From Monocercomonoides exilis PA203 (taxonomy: Eukaryota > Protista > Preaxostyla), in assembly GCA_001643675.2 (NCBI GenBank), contig LSRY02000013.1, positions 1,426,001-1,490,000 of the forward strand: DNA of 64,000 bases, written 5' to 3'. Under the pieces are notes generated by a model. That model was not told the origin of the DNA. It did not search any database and saw only the letters and a program-made list of their open reading frames with translations. This document shows, piece by piece, positions 26,524-39,480 of this stretch (the first letter of the stretch is position 1; the number at the start of each line of letters is the position of its first letter). Made by a program: the position numbers and the translations under genes.

Positions 26524-28213
26524 TCTTTTTTCAGATTCGCCGTGACTAACCCTTAAGTGATACTCTCAGATCGAAGAGAAGAAAGTGAATGAATGTTTTC
26601 TTGCAAATCAAAATGCTTGCGTTTTGATTCTCCATGCATTCTTCTTTGTCAAAGACGGCTTTCAGAAGACAAGTCACGCTGATTAACATCAATTTTTCAG
26701 AAAATTGCTCATTCAGCAAAAGACAGCATTCGCAAAGATCTGCCATTAACTTTTCGATCTTTTCTTCATTTTTCTCGTTTTCAACAATCATTTTCTCAAA
26801 TCTCATGGACAGTGAAGAACAATAAAAGCCATAACACCGCAAGTTCAAAAGAACTTTGCAAAATCCAACATGCTTTAACAATCTTATGATATTTTCCACA
26901 GATGTTTTCTTTTCTTCAATCATTTTGTAAATTTTGTTGAACAATTCTTTTGTGAAAGTCCGATGAATTGCAATTCCATCCATTTCATCAATTATTCCAT
27001 TCAATTCTTCGATTTTCTGATTTTGATCTTCCTCGCCACACTGTTCCAGCGCAGAAAGCAATTCTTTGATGAAAAAAAAAAAGAAAAAATTCAATCAACA
27101 AGAATTCAAATGCAGCTGCAATTGAAGACCTGTGAACTTTTTTGTGTTGCCCGTCTCCTGCATTTTTGAAAACAGGATGTGCGCGAAAAACAATACAATT
27201 ATTTCCATTCACGTTGAAAGTTCACATGATTGGATTGAAGAAATTGGCGAACAGGTCAAACTCAAAAAGAATTATAAAAAATGTCAGCTTTCACACCATC
27301 GGTTTTTGCATTTCCATTGGCAAGTATTTGCAGAAAACGTGATGTTTTGTCTTTTTTCTTTACGAGTTATGGATGAAATGATCGAAATGATTTCTTTGAA
27401 CGGGAATATCAATTTGCAAAATGAGAGATAGATGAGTTAATTTGTCAAGCAAAATGGGATATTTTCTTTCCCATGTTTGTATGAATCACTGATAAACAAT
27501 TTTGGAAATCGACAAGATGTTTTTGGAAATTGGATTCTCAAGGATAACACAACAATAACATGATTTGATGAAAAAAATCTGTACGTTTGCATTTTTTCAT
27601 TGTTCTATTGACTGTTGCGATATTTCTATCTGTAAACTGTTTGAACCCCAAGACTCAAATCATTTTCTTCAAATCATCAATCTTTTCTTTTCAGAGAAAT
27701 AAGATGAGAATGGGGATGTTCTGAATTTCAATTTTGGAAAACAGATTTTCATGAACATGGGTTGTGGAACAACTCATTTTTCTTTTGAACGTGAGAGAAA
27801 AATAAATTCAGCTGATGTTTTATTTGTTGAAAATGAAAAGAGGACAGAATTCTGAGAAAAAGAAAGTTTGAACAAAAAAGACTGAATTTTGGAACACAAG
27901 GAAAGGGAACAGTTTGAGACGTTTTTGGACAAGGAAAGTGACGGGAAATGTGGAAAGCGGAATATTAACGGAGAAAAAAAGACCAAGAAATGAATGCAAA
28001 GCAATGTGATTGGACTTTGGTTCAAGTATTGCTACACCAACCATCTTCTGCTTTGGCAGTCAATAAGATGTGCCTGTGGTTTTTGAAATATGTTTTCAGC
28101 GAAACACAATCGTTTTTTCATCATGCTGTTGTGACAGGGGAAATGAAGGCCAAAAGATTCTGCTCCAGCTCATGCCTTTGAAAGGACAATAAAACTTGAG
28201 AGGATTGCTTCAA

Positions 28214-30244
28214 TCACCATCCATCTGGTGTGTTTATTGGATTTGATAAACGAGTAGAGAGAAGTATGAGAACTTCGGCAACAGACACAAAGTTGCAGAC
28301 AGAACTCGAAGAAGTCAGAGGCCGAGCAGAAATTGAATGCGCAGGATCAGAGGAGGGAGCGTGCACATGCAAAGCAGCAGTGCCAGATAAGCGCAGAAGG
28401 AGGTTGTTTCCAGACTCTATCTCGATGCTTTGAAGCAGAAAATTCAACATTCACAGGAACAATGATGACTCCATCAGCTACTCCCACTCGTCTTCAAACA
28501 CACAATACAAAACACCAAACACCCCAATCATCCCTTTCTTGTGGCATTCTTGCCTGATCGCATTCGTCGCATCCCACAGAGCTATCGACGGCACACTTTT
28601 TTGCAGAACAACCTCCCCACTCGCAACAAACTCGTCCATCGTCTCCCTCTGCCTGTCTTTATTAAAATGAAACAATAACCAATCCTTTGCCAAACACTTA
28701 TTCCTGTCCCCTCCTCTTCTCTTCTCTTCACTCTCTCTGAATTTGACTCTCACCAATAAACATGATGATCATCGTCCCGTCCGGCTGTATCATCCCTTCC
28801 GCAACTGGCTTCCCCACAATCCGCTCCTGCTCTTCACACAGCTCCACCAGCGCCCCAGTCACCGTCATCGTCACCAGATAGTCCCGCCAGCTCCTATCCA
28901 CACTTTCTCCAGCCAGCCTCAAAAGCATCAAATGAATCGATTCCACATCCAGAATCTGCTCTTCCTTCTTTCTCCAAATCAATCGAGCTGTCCTTTCCTC
29001 CTTGCTTCTCATTCGTCGCCAAGCCTTTCTTCGATATTTCCACCTGTTCCTCATCTTTCCCCACTCCATCTGAAGTTATTCCAAAAGACCCATCTTTTGC
29101 TCCATCTTTTGCTCTTGATATCTCCTGTTGGATTCCATCGACTGACGAAGAACTGCACATTTCAGGTTCCACTGCGTGCTGCTTGTCTGAATCTACATCC
29201 TCCTTCACAAACCTCAGCCGACTCAGCCCAAGCTCCTCCACAACCAGCAGTGTCATCGCTTCTTCCAGCTTTTCCAGTTTCTCTTTTATTATCTCCACAA
29301 ACTCTCTGTGCGCTGCTGGATTCCTGCCTTTCTCCTCATTCCCATCTCCTCCTTCTTTGTTTCACCTTTCTCCTTCCTCTGCCTCTTCGCGCTCCTCCAG
29401 CTCTGCCAGCGCAATCGCTGCTGGCAACAGAACCACATCCTCCATCCTCAGCCCCATCACTGATAGCCCCTTCTCCACAATCTCCCCCACTTCACACACT
29501 GCAACCCCTCGCCCCATTACTTCTTTACCCAGCTTCACCACCACACACCTCGACTGGCGATCACCATATTTGCATTGAAGAGTTTAATTGATCGTAGATC
29601 GACGGGAACACATTCACATCTGCCGCCGCTAAGATCCGCTTGCTCCCCGACTTCGTGCCCACCAACGCTGCAAGCGACTGAAGCGGCAACACTCTCAAAA
29701 CTGAAAGCATCTCCGAAAGTGCCACATTGTACACACGCAACACCCCCATTCAACAACACCCATCGCGCCACAATATATTACTCGAAGATTATGTTGCTCC
29801 CTCAGCAACGATTTCTTTTTCACTGCATTCACCTCAGCTGCTTTAGGCACAACAATCCACAGCCGTTTCTCGATGTTGTACTTTGCTGTTGCCAACGTGA
29901 ATGACTCCGCTGCGTCAGAGGCATCCGAAGGGGAAATTGAAGGTGCGGATGAAGATTATGAATTCTCATCCCCTGCCACCTTCTTCTCTTCTCTTCTCCG
30001 CCTCAGCAATAGCTAAGAAGACAAAGAATACCAAAGGCGCTGAGTGCAGAGAAGAATTCTGCGCGTCGATGGCAAAATGAAGCTTTTTTTTGGTAGGCCT
30101 TCGCTTCAGACAACAGCCCCTCAAGTTACACAAACACAATGGCCTTATTTCCATTGCAAAGGTCAATCATTCTCGAAAGCTCGCAGTTTTCAGGCAGTGG
30201 GAAAAAGAAGGAATTGTGTTTCTACAGGTGAGAAGACGAAATGA
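28214..30244 (-). pseudogene. Degenerate coding sequence of unknown function
   Basis: GC-elevated block with overlapping broken ORFs on the minus strand. No recognisable domain. Confidence 0.3.
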
Positions 30245-31090
30245 GAAGATGAAGAAGTAGAAAAAGAAGAAGAGAGAAATAGATAAGGAAGCTCATTGTG
30301 AAGGATTCATCAGTCGAAAGAGAAATCGGACGGTGAATGTTAATTTTGTGAGGATGAGGGATATATCCAAAGTGATTGAAGATGACCAAGAACTTGATGA
30401 AGAGGAAGGAGGTCAGTTGTAAAATGGATTCGGAATGATGAACTGTGTAAAACAGAAAGAAGATCAGGACAAACTTGAAATGAAACAGCTTTTTCTATAT
30501 TTTCCAATCCCCTTGAAGTTTTCATTAAGTTCTGTGTATTTTAAATTCAAAAATTCAACTTTATAAAAAATTATGAAATCAAATAATGTGATTTTTTTTA
30601 TCTAACATTGAAAAAGAACAGAATAATTTTTGCTAATGATATCTTAACGTACTCACTGAGAATATGTTTTTAATCAATATTTTTAATTATGTTGCGAATT
30701 AAATGATAAATAAAAAACAAATAGGTTCGAAAATAAAAGTAAATTTCAAATATTTTTCTACAAATTTTTAATTAAAAACACCCGAAAAATTTTTTTGTTT
30801 TAATAAATAAAAATTTAAAAAATTCATTATTCAAAAGTCTTCAAAGTTAAATCTTGTTTTTCATTTTATTTTTATTAAAATATCTTTCATTTTATCAAAT
30901 TCGGGCAAATGTTACCTTTGGTGGACTTAATTTTTTTTGTTTGAAATGCGTTATTAATTATTATAAAGTGTTAATATGAGACATTCGAGGAAAATCGAAG
31001 TGCGGAAATGTGTTAAAAAAAAAAATCATGGTAATTTTTTTGAATTTATGGGATGTGATCAAAATTTCTTCAATTTGATCGAAACTTCAA

Positions 31091-32080
31091 ATGAATCGAA
31101 AAGAAGTTCATAAGCTATTTGAGACATTTCTGAACGAAAATAAAGCTTGGCAATGGATGTTTGGAACCATACTGAAAGGAAAAGTCCCAAGATGCAGGAG
31201 ACACAGAATTCCAATGAATTTAATCAGAGAGAATACAGGAAAAAAATATTGGAGATGCAAGAAATGTAGGGTAAAACGTTCATAATTTCATGGAAGTCAG
31301 TTTAACAAAATGCACATCAAAATTGGAAAAGTGTTGATGATTATTCTCTTTTTTTGGATTGGTATGACCATCAAACATGGAAGTCTATTACTCAATATTC
31401 ACAGGCACTCAGTCGGTTTTTGGTACAGTGCATGCAGATATGCTTGCACACAATACCTTATAAACAAGCCCATTCAACTTGGAGGTGAAGGCAAGACAGT
31501 AGAAATAGATGAATGCTTATTACGTCGAAGAAAATATCGAAGAGGAAGATACAAGAGGCAACAACGGATTTTTTTAAGCAATCGAAAGAAGAGAGGGTCT
31601 GCAAGTTGGAAAAAAAATGCTATAGATCGTCAAAGATCGTTCAAGAAACTCTTTGTTACCAATTATAAAACAGCACATATTGCCTAGAACTACTGTAATG
31701 AGTGATTCTTGGAGTGCATATGCAACATTGGCAAAAGAAGGTTATACTCACAAAATTGTTGTACACGATCGACACTATGCGGATCCTGCAACTGGAGCAT
31801 GCACTAACACTGTTGAAGGGATGTGGCATCATTTCAGAGAGTTTCTACCAGTTTCTGGAATGAGAGATACATTTATTCAAGACTAAATTTCTTCATTCAT
31901 TGTCAAAAACGGCTTCAATTTGACCATTTCTGAATTTGTTGAGTTAGTATACAAAAAATATGAAGAAATTGATGAATACGATGATAATAAAAAAAATAAC
32001 GAGGAACCAAATTTGCCAGATATTGATTACATAATTGAGAACAACTCTGAAAATATCTCTCTTTCAAGTTTTGATGAATT
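31091..32080 (+). pseudogene. Merlin/ISXO2-like DDE transposase with stops and a frameshift; last codons displaced to 44864-44906
   Basis: Zn-ribbon YWRCKKC; motifs LGGEGKTVEIDE, RKYRRGR, VMSDSWSAY and CTNTVEGMW. …SSFDE|FGAGDGASASEYTE* is restored when the Sola insert is removed. Confidence 0.9.
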
Positions 32081-35000
32081 GGGTGATTTTTTTTGATATC
32101 ATAAAAAATTACGAAGTTTGATCATAAAAATTTTTCATTAAGGGTGGGGTTTATTAGAAAATATTTTTGAAAAATAATGAGAAAATATCCATTAATATAT
32201 TGTCATTATTAATTATTTGTTGATTTTTATTTGTTTCCAAATGTTTTTATTTCAAATATTGAGAAATAAAAATAATTTCTTAAAAAAATATCGAAAATTC
32301 GATAAACCTAATAAAACTGAAGCTTTCTGAATTAATAAACATGATAACAATAATTGAGATAACGATATAAATCAATATCTTAAGAAAAGAACAGTTATAT
32401 AATATTATTGAAAAAAATAGAATAAGATAAGTCGAAATCGATAAAAATAAAATGAAAATGTTCTATTTTCAGCTTTTCATCATCTTTTTCATCATCCATC
32501 TTTTCCAGAAGTCATTTCTCCAACAAATCCTTCAATTTCTTGATTTTCTTAAATAGTTAAAATTTGTGTTTTGTGTGTTGCATTAATCTTTCTCGATTTT
32601 AAATAGATTGTTTTTTGTCTGAAAATATCATCTCCAATTTCCTTCCCAATACCTTCACCCTGGGCACTTTTCGTTTGAATTCGCTCTCCCAATTCGATGT
32701 TAAGTCTGCACAATGAGATATCCCGCTTTTATTCATTTTCATTCATTTCCATTTCCTGCCATGAAAGAAACACAAAAAACAGTCAACAGGTTAATATTCA
32801 TATACAAAAAAATAAATAAATGCCAGACTGCCCTTCGACTGTTTTTTGCCAAACACACTCATCTCCACAACAATCATCATTCAAAAATTCAATCTCTTCA
32901 TTTCAGCACCAGAATGGTTGAATACAGCATAGGATGCATCTCCACAAAACACATCGTGTATCTCACTGGAGGGCCTTTTCAGCCCGTACGCATTGTGGTG
33001 GATGTCCAGAGGTGTTTTTCTGTTTTTGTCATGATCCTCTCCTTTAATAATATTCTCAACCACCCAAAGAAGTATTTGAGGTTTATCTCATCAACACATG
33101 GCACATGAGGGATATGGGGCAGAGAAGAGATGGAAGAGGATTTTTTGTGGCAGGGGGTGGGAGTTGAGTGTTTTTTGGAATGTTAATATTTCAAGAGTGG
33201 TTTTTGATTGATGAAATTTGGAGACAAAGGGGTGGGGAAGAGCAAGTGGAGATTTTGAGAAGAAAATGATGAAAATATGAAGAGAAGTGGCTGAGGATGA
33301 TGAAGGAGGACTTATTGGTGATGGGAGAAATGGAATTTGAAAAGAAAGAAAAGAGGTCAAAAGCGGGAAAGAAGAAGAATATTCTGAAGTGGTTGATTGG
33401 AAGAGGGGTATTTTTTATGAAAGGAAATGATTTTATGGAAGAGACAGGGAAAGATGAAGAAAAGGAGGGGATTGATATTTTCTGAGAAGTTTGTGAGCTG
33501 AGCAGAAGAGGAAAAATGGAAAGGAAAGGAAATCGAGAGAGATTTACATTTTCTATTTTTGAGGGGAAAGGAGAGGAAAATGCGAAAAGAAAGTGAATTG
33601 ACGTTGGAAAAATACAGCAAGATACATATCCACAATCTGTTAGTGACAAATATTGTGATCGAGTTTTTTCGAACAAATCTGAAGTTTATACAGCAAGCGA
33701 TACGTTTTAGCCAATCAACGATATCACATGAAACCTTCTCATCATCTATCTCAAGAAAGGCAATTGACTGATAGCACATTTCTCTGTCACATCATTTTTT
33801 AACATTCTTCTTCACCTTCTTCTAACTCATATTCTTCATCGTTTCCTTCATTTTATCAGTCATCTTCCTCATTTTGCATTGGATCAGGCCATCTACATTC
33901 AAATTTGAGTTAATTGTTCAATGGGCAGCTTGATTGCACTCACCAATCGTTATTTCATTCAGTTTGCTTTCTCTTAACAGCAACATTATCGCTTCAAATG
34001 CCTTCTGTTGGATTACTGGACGTGCATCAGAACTGTTTTCCTCTTTCGCAGAGGCGCATTCCGCTCTGCTTTAGCACTCCGAACAGATTCCGCGCTCCGG
34101 CTATGCTGAACAGTGTGAATGGCAGTGGAAGAGGGAAGGGGCTGCCAGCACATCGCAATAATCCACTCACTTTATGACGCCACCAAGGAGCAAAGAGCGA
34201 GGAGTGCGCGATCAAATGAAAGAGGCAAAGAGAGCGGAGTACAGTAGCAAGATGAATGCGGTGCAGAATAAAGGGAGACGACGGGAAAAGTCAAAGGCGA
34301 AGATGCAGACGAACGAGAAAGACGAGTTTTGCACATCGCAAATTGTCGCTTTCGACACAAGACAAGAACAGGCAGCAATAGAAAAAAGTGAAAGTGGAAG
34401 GGGAAGAGAAGAAGGAGGTGATTATGAAGATGAACAGCAGCAGACATTTTTTCTCGTTCAACGGCGCACTCTCATCTGCTCGGCTGCACACACTAAACAT
34501 CACAGCTTCCTCAACATTTGCCACTCCTCCTTTTTCACCATTGCTACATGCTCAATTATCTGCACCTTCTATTCTTGTTGGAACTCCTCCAAAGCCACTC
34601 GCTCCTTCATCTCCTGCCACAGACTCCTCTTCACTCACACAGAAGTCCCTTGACATATCTATCCCAAGCACTGCCTCTTTATCGAACATGTCTTTTTCCT
34701 CTCCTTCTTTTTCCTCTCCTTCATCTTCTATTTCTTCCTTCTCGCTTCCACCGCTTGTGAATGTGCCGATCCCTCGTGCGATTCTCGGGAAGAGCAGATT
34801 GGGCAATACAGGCGTGTATGCAAGCAGCATCATGTCAGCAACGAGGGATGTGCTTGAGCGGTTGAAGATGGTGCTGAACTGGATAGCATATGAGGCTATT
34901 AGGGGATTCGTGTGGGTAATGTGGAGGAGAAGGAAAAGGGGAAGGAAGAGAAAGTTGAGAAAGAAGAAAACACTTCAATTAATGTATTTCAAAAAAAGAT

Positions 35001-37613
35001 GAAAGCAACAAAAAAGAATAATAAGCCTGTGAAAATACTGATCACACTTTGCTTGACTTTCTGCCTGAATTCAGTAATCAAAGAAGGATTCAGTAGCAAA
35101 TTATGGAAACACCATTCTCTTTCTCAGCATTTTCATCTGCAAACGCATCATCTTTTTTTTCAACTTCTTTGTCTTTAACTTCATCTCCGTTTTCTTTTGC
35201 TTCAACTTCTTCTTTATCTTATTCTTATTCTTGCTTTTATTCTTGTTTATTCATCATTTCATCATTATCTTCTCTCCATCTTCACATGATTCTTTCGCTG
35301 ACATGCAAGAAATCCCTCGGCATCCACATCCACCTCCATAAGTGACTCCAATCCCTCCCGCTCTCTAAACAGCCAATCAAGTGCAAACAAAGCAATACAT
35401 TCAGTGCAAGTGAACTCATTTTTTTATTCTTACTTTATCATCATCAATTTCTTCTCATTAATTCTCCTCCTCCTCCTCCTCTTCTTCTTCCTCTTCCTCT
35501 TCTCCTTCTCCTTCCTCCGTCTCCAAAAGTTCTTCTTCTTCTTCTTTCTCTGCCCCTTCTCTGTCTCCTTCTCTTCATTCTCCTTCTCCTTCTCTCTCTT
35601 CTTCTCAGGGATCTGCCTCTGCATCTGCCTCTGAATCAGAGCTCGAAATGCCCCCCGCCGCAGCCGTTGCGTTGATTTCTGCTCCCTCCCCTCCGATTAA
35701 CGAAGAACTCACGCCTTCTCTGATGACTGCGGCAATTGCTGGCTCCACATTTTAATTGTGTCATCACAGACACACAAATGGAGAGAGCGTTCTGGATCTT
35801 CTGGGAGCTGTGAAAGTGTTCGGACTGCCCCAACTTGCACTAATGTCACAGGAAAAAACGTCGCTTTTGTCTGATACTGCTTCTGCATTGAATGATAATA
35901 ACACTGCAACGCAAGACGCTTCTCATGTTGTTTCATCATCAACATCTTCATCAACATCTTCTTCCTCTTTCCTCTTCCTCTTCTTCTTCTTCAACACCCC
36001 TCACCACACGCATGCCCTCTGCACACCGCTCCACCCCCGCCGACGTCATTAGCCACAGCCATCTCGAGCTCAGCCGTTCTGCCGCCATCGCCACTGCAAA
36101 ATTTGAGAGCCGTCTGGCTGGTCTCCCGCTCGAACACACCAAAAGCAGGAGTGAAGCAGACAACACAAGATTTGTATATGATGCCTTTTACGACTCAGTC
36201 ATCTGCGAACAATCGGTGAGGTTGTACGAGGACGATGCGGTTTCTGATGTGCTCAGCTACTTGTCAAGATTAGACTTCTCCACGCTGTTTATGCCATCTT
36301 ACCTCACCGCCAGCCAGCTTTCTGACTCCACACGCCTCAAATCCGACTTCGATGGGGCACTTCCTCTATTCCTTTCAGACACATAGAGCGCACCTCCATA
36401 TAATCAGAACAACCATTCCTTGGGAGAACCTCAGCTTCCTCCTTTTCTCTCCTTCTCGCCTGCCCTCAGCCTCCGCAAATTGATTCCAGACAGCTCCCCA
36501 ACTGGTTCCCCTTCCTTCTCCACCAGCTCCACACTGCTTGAAACCCACTAACCTGCTGCCGCATCCATCGATGTGTCTGTTTCCGTTCAATCGTTCCTAT
36601 ATTAGGCGCTTCCTCTTCTTGGCCCGCTCGGTCCGCTTGACCCACTCGACCAGGTGCCGATTGTGGCAGCTCTGAACAGAATAGCCAGTGCCAGAGAGAC
36701 AAGTGCGAATGCGAAGAGGAGACTGATGTCTTCAGATGAGAAGTCATATGCACTGCCTTTGGAATTGGAATCGAAAATGGCGATGTAGGATTTGAATAAG
36801 TTTGTTTAGAAGAATTTTCGTTCTTCTTCTACTGCTTCTTCAACAACTACTGCTTCTCCTTCATTATCCTCTTCCTCTTCCTCCTCTTCCACTTCCTCCT
36901 CCTCCTCCTCCTCCTTTGCTCACCTCATCGCTCACACAGCGGCCAATGAACTGAGTGTGAAGGCAAATTTGTTTCAAGAGGAGATTAACAAGTGATTGGA
37001 GTCATCGAGGAACACAACGAGAAGAATGACACAGAAAGTGCTGGAGAGGAAGCAAACAACGTTACAGGCATTTTAGAAGGGAGAATTTTGATGAGATTGA
37101 GAAGAGATGGAAAAAAGATGGGAAAGGATGGAGAAGGAAGAGGGAAGGACAAGAGATGAGAAGAATAAAGAAAGAAAAGACGAGTTCGAATCAGTTTTAT
37201 TCATTGATAATTGATATTCTCGTATTTCATTCAACGTTTGATGAAGCAGCTGAATCGAAAAGAAAGGACTGTTATTTTGTTATGATATTTCAGTTGAAAA
37301 AAAAGATTAAGTGAAGAAAACAAATCTCTTTCATAATTTAAAAGTTATTTAATCAATATTTTGAAACAATCTTTTTAACAAACTGTTTCAATAAGTCTTT
37401 CAAAGAATTCTTTATTTATAAGGATAGTTTAGCAAGTTGAGAAACTTGATATTCATCTTTTACATTTTAATTTTTTTATTTTTCACATTTTTTTATCTTG
37501 GTCAATAAATACATTTTTCGCTGAAAACAAAAAAAGGTGTGTTTTTAAATTACTATGCAAACATTTGCGTCACCTTGAAATAGGTGGGCTCTCGTCAGTC
37601 AGTACCCGTCACT

Positions 37614-37614
<1 letters not shown>

Positions 37615-37675
<61 letters not shown>
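37615..37675. repeat. 61-nt poly(T) run
   Basis: Direct reading; lies 57 bp inside the hAT left end. Confidence 0.9.
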
Positions 37676-37676
<1 letters not shown>

Positions 37677-39214
37677 ATAAAAACATTCCATTTTTTTTAA
37701 CTATGCTTTGAAAAGGATAAAACACTTTCCAATAATTCAGAATTTTCTTTACAAAAATTTCCTCACAATTCATCGTCAATAAACCTTTATTAAATATTTA
37801 TTTATTAAATTACCATTTTTCACTTTGACAGAAGTCATATCATTCATGAAAATTTACATCAAGATTTTTCTATTCATTTTTTTAAATGTTTTAGAAGCAT
37901 AATTTTTAGTGTCTCATTTTTATTGTTTTTCATTCTTTAAAGGCTTAAAAACTATGTGATTATTCATGTTCAATATGTTTTTTCTTCGATAGAAATATTT
38001 ATCATGATTTTTGTGATGTGTTTTTGCAATTCTCACATGGACATTTTTATCCTTTCAATTTAACAATTGTTTTTAAAAGCAAAAAAAAATATTTGATATG
38101 TTGTTTGGTGAAAAATATTCTTGAGAGAATCAATTTCCTTGAATATGAATAAAAATTCATTTTATGAAAATGTTGAAAAACAATCAGATTTAAATTGAAA
38201 GTTCACTTCAATTAAAGTCTCTTTAAGAGTTTATTTGTTTTTTCATTTAATTGTTGCTCTGATCCTTTGTGATTGTTTTTTCTTTGTATAAATGAAAAGT
38301 TAAAGAGCATCACAGCGATTTGCATTGACTTTTTTGATTTTCTTCATCCTTTTTTTTATTTTTATTTAACTTTAAATTTATCTTTTTCTGTTTTTTCTTT
38401 CTCTTCTTCTCCATCTTCTCTTCTCTATATTTTTCATCTCCTTTTCCTTTTCCTCTTCATCTTCATCTTCATCTTTTCCTTCTTTTTCTCCTCATCACCA
38501 ACAACACCCAGCGCATTGCCACTGCCCTCCGCCCTCTCCACCTCTCCAACTACACAGCTGCTCCTGTTTCTGGTGTGAATAACGTTCCTCCTCCGCCTCC
38601 TCTTCAGCCGCGTGATTTTGTTCCTTTCGCGCCTTCACGGACAGACCATGGATGGAGGAGAGAGGGAAAGGGAAAGGGAAAGGGAAGAAGGTGAAGAAGG
38701 AGAAGAGAGAGTGAAGAAGGAGGAAGAATAGGAAGAAGAAGAAGTGGAGGAGGTGAAGGAGGAGGAGTTGAGTTTAAGAATGGAGGTGTAAATTATAATT
38801 TGTGTTTTAATGAAGAAAGAATAGAAGAAGGATATTGTGATGATGAGGAAGAGGATGAAGAAAATGAAGATGACTTTATTTTGCTTTGTGAAATGGAAAA
38901 CAGAGAGAATGGCAGATTTGGAGAAGAAACAGTCGAAGAAGGAGAAGAGGGAGAAGAAGAAGTTAAAGAGGAAGAGAATTGAAATAGAGGGAGGGAAAAT
39001 AGATGTTGGAAGAAGAAAAAAGAGGAAGGAGAAGGAGGAGAGAATGAGAATAAAAAGGAAAAGAAAATTTTCATTGAAAATACTCTTTCTGAGCTAATTC
39101 ATTTCACCAACAGTTAAAAACCTCCTTCACACCCATCTACACAGCCAGCTTCTATCAGAAACATATCAAATGTTTTCACTTCGCCTTCTTCATCTTCTTC
39201 CTCCTCTCCTCCTC

Positions 39215-39480
39215 TTCTTCTTTATTCTTCTATCTTCTTCTATCTTATTCTATCTTTTTCTATCTTCTTCTATCTTTTTCTATCTTCTTCTTTATTCTTC
39301 TGTTTTCTTCTATCTTCTTTTATCTTCTTCTTTATTCTTCTATCTTTTTCTATCTTTTTCTATCTTTTTCTATCTTCTTCTATCTTCTTATTTCTTTTTC
39401 TTTATTCTTCTATCTTTTTCTTTATTCTTCTATCTTTTTCTTTATTCTTCTATCTTCTATTATCTTCTTCTTCTTCTTCA
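39215..39480. repeat. Degenerate ~10-bp minisatellite (TTCTATCTTC-like)
   Basis: Tandem TCTATCTTYT / TCTTTATTCT units. Confidence 0.8.

Larger units (their letters stand above)
22056..26629 (-). mobile_element. Complete DIRS-type tyrosine-recombinase retrotransposon (~4.56 kb)
   Basis: 49-bp perfect inverted repeats 22081-22129/26542-26590. Internal complementary region 22300-22402 reproduces the joined ends. The core TTTTGATT occurs at both junctions (22056-22063, 26622-26629). Gag-like, RT-RH-MT and YR ORFs are intact. Confidence 0.95.
21153..27094 (-). pseudogene. Glu/Lys-rich hypothetical gene (multicopy-type family) split by the DIRS element
   Basis: The 5' part (27094-26622, …EECMENQ) joins in frame to 22063 and downstream (KDVETLFLALSCV) across the AATCAAAA core. 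The 3' exon is 21935-21153. Confidence 0.75.
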
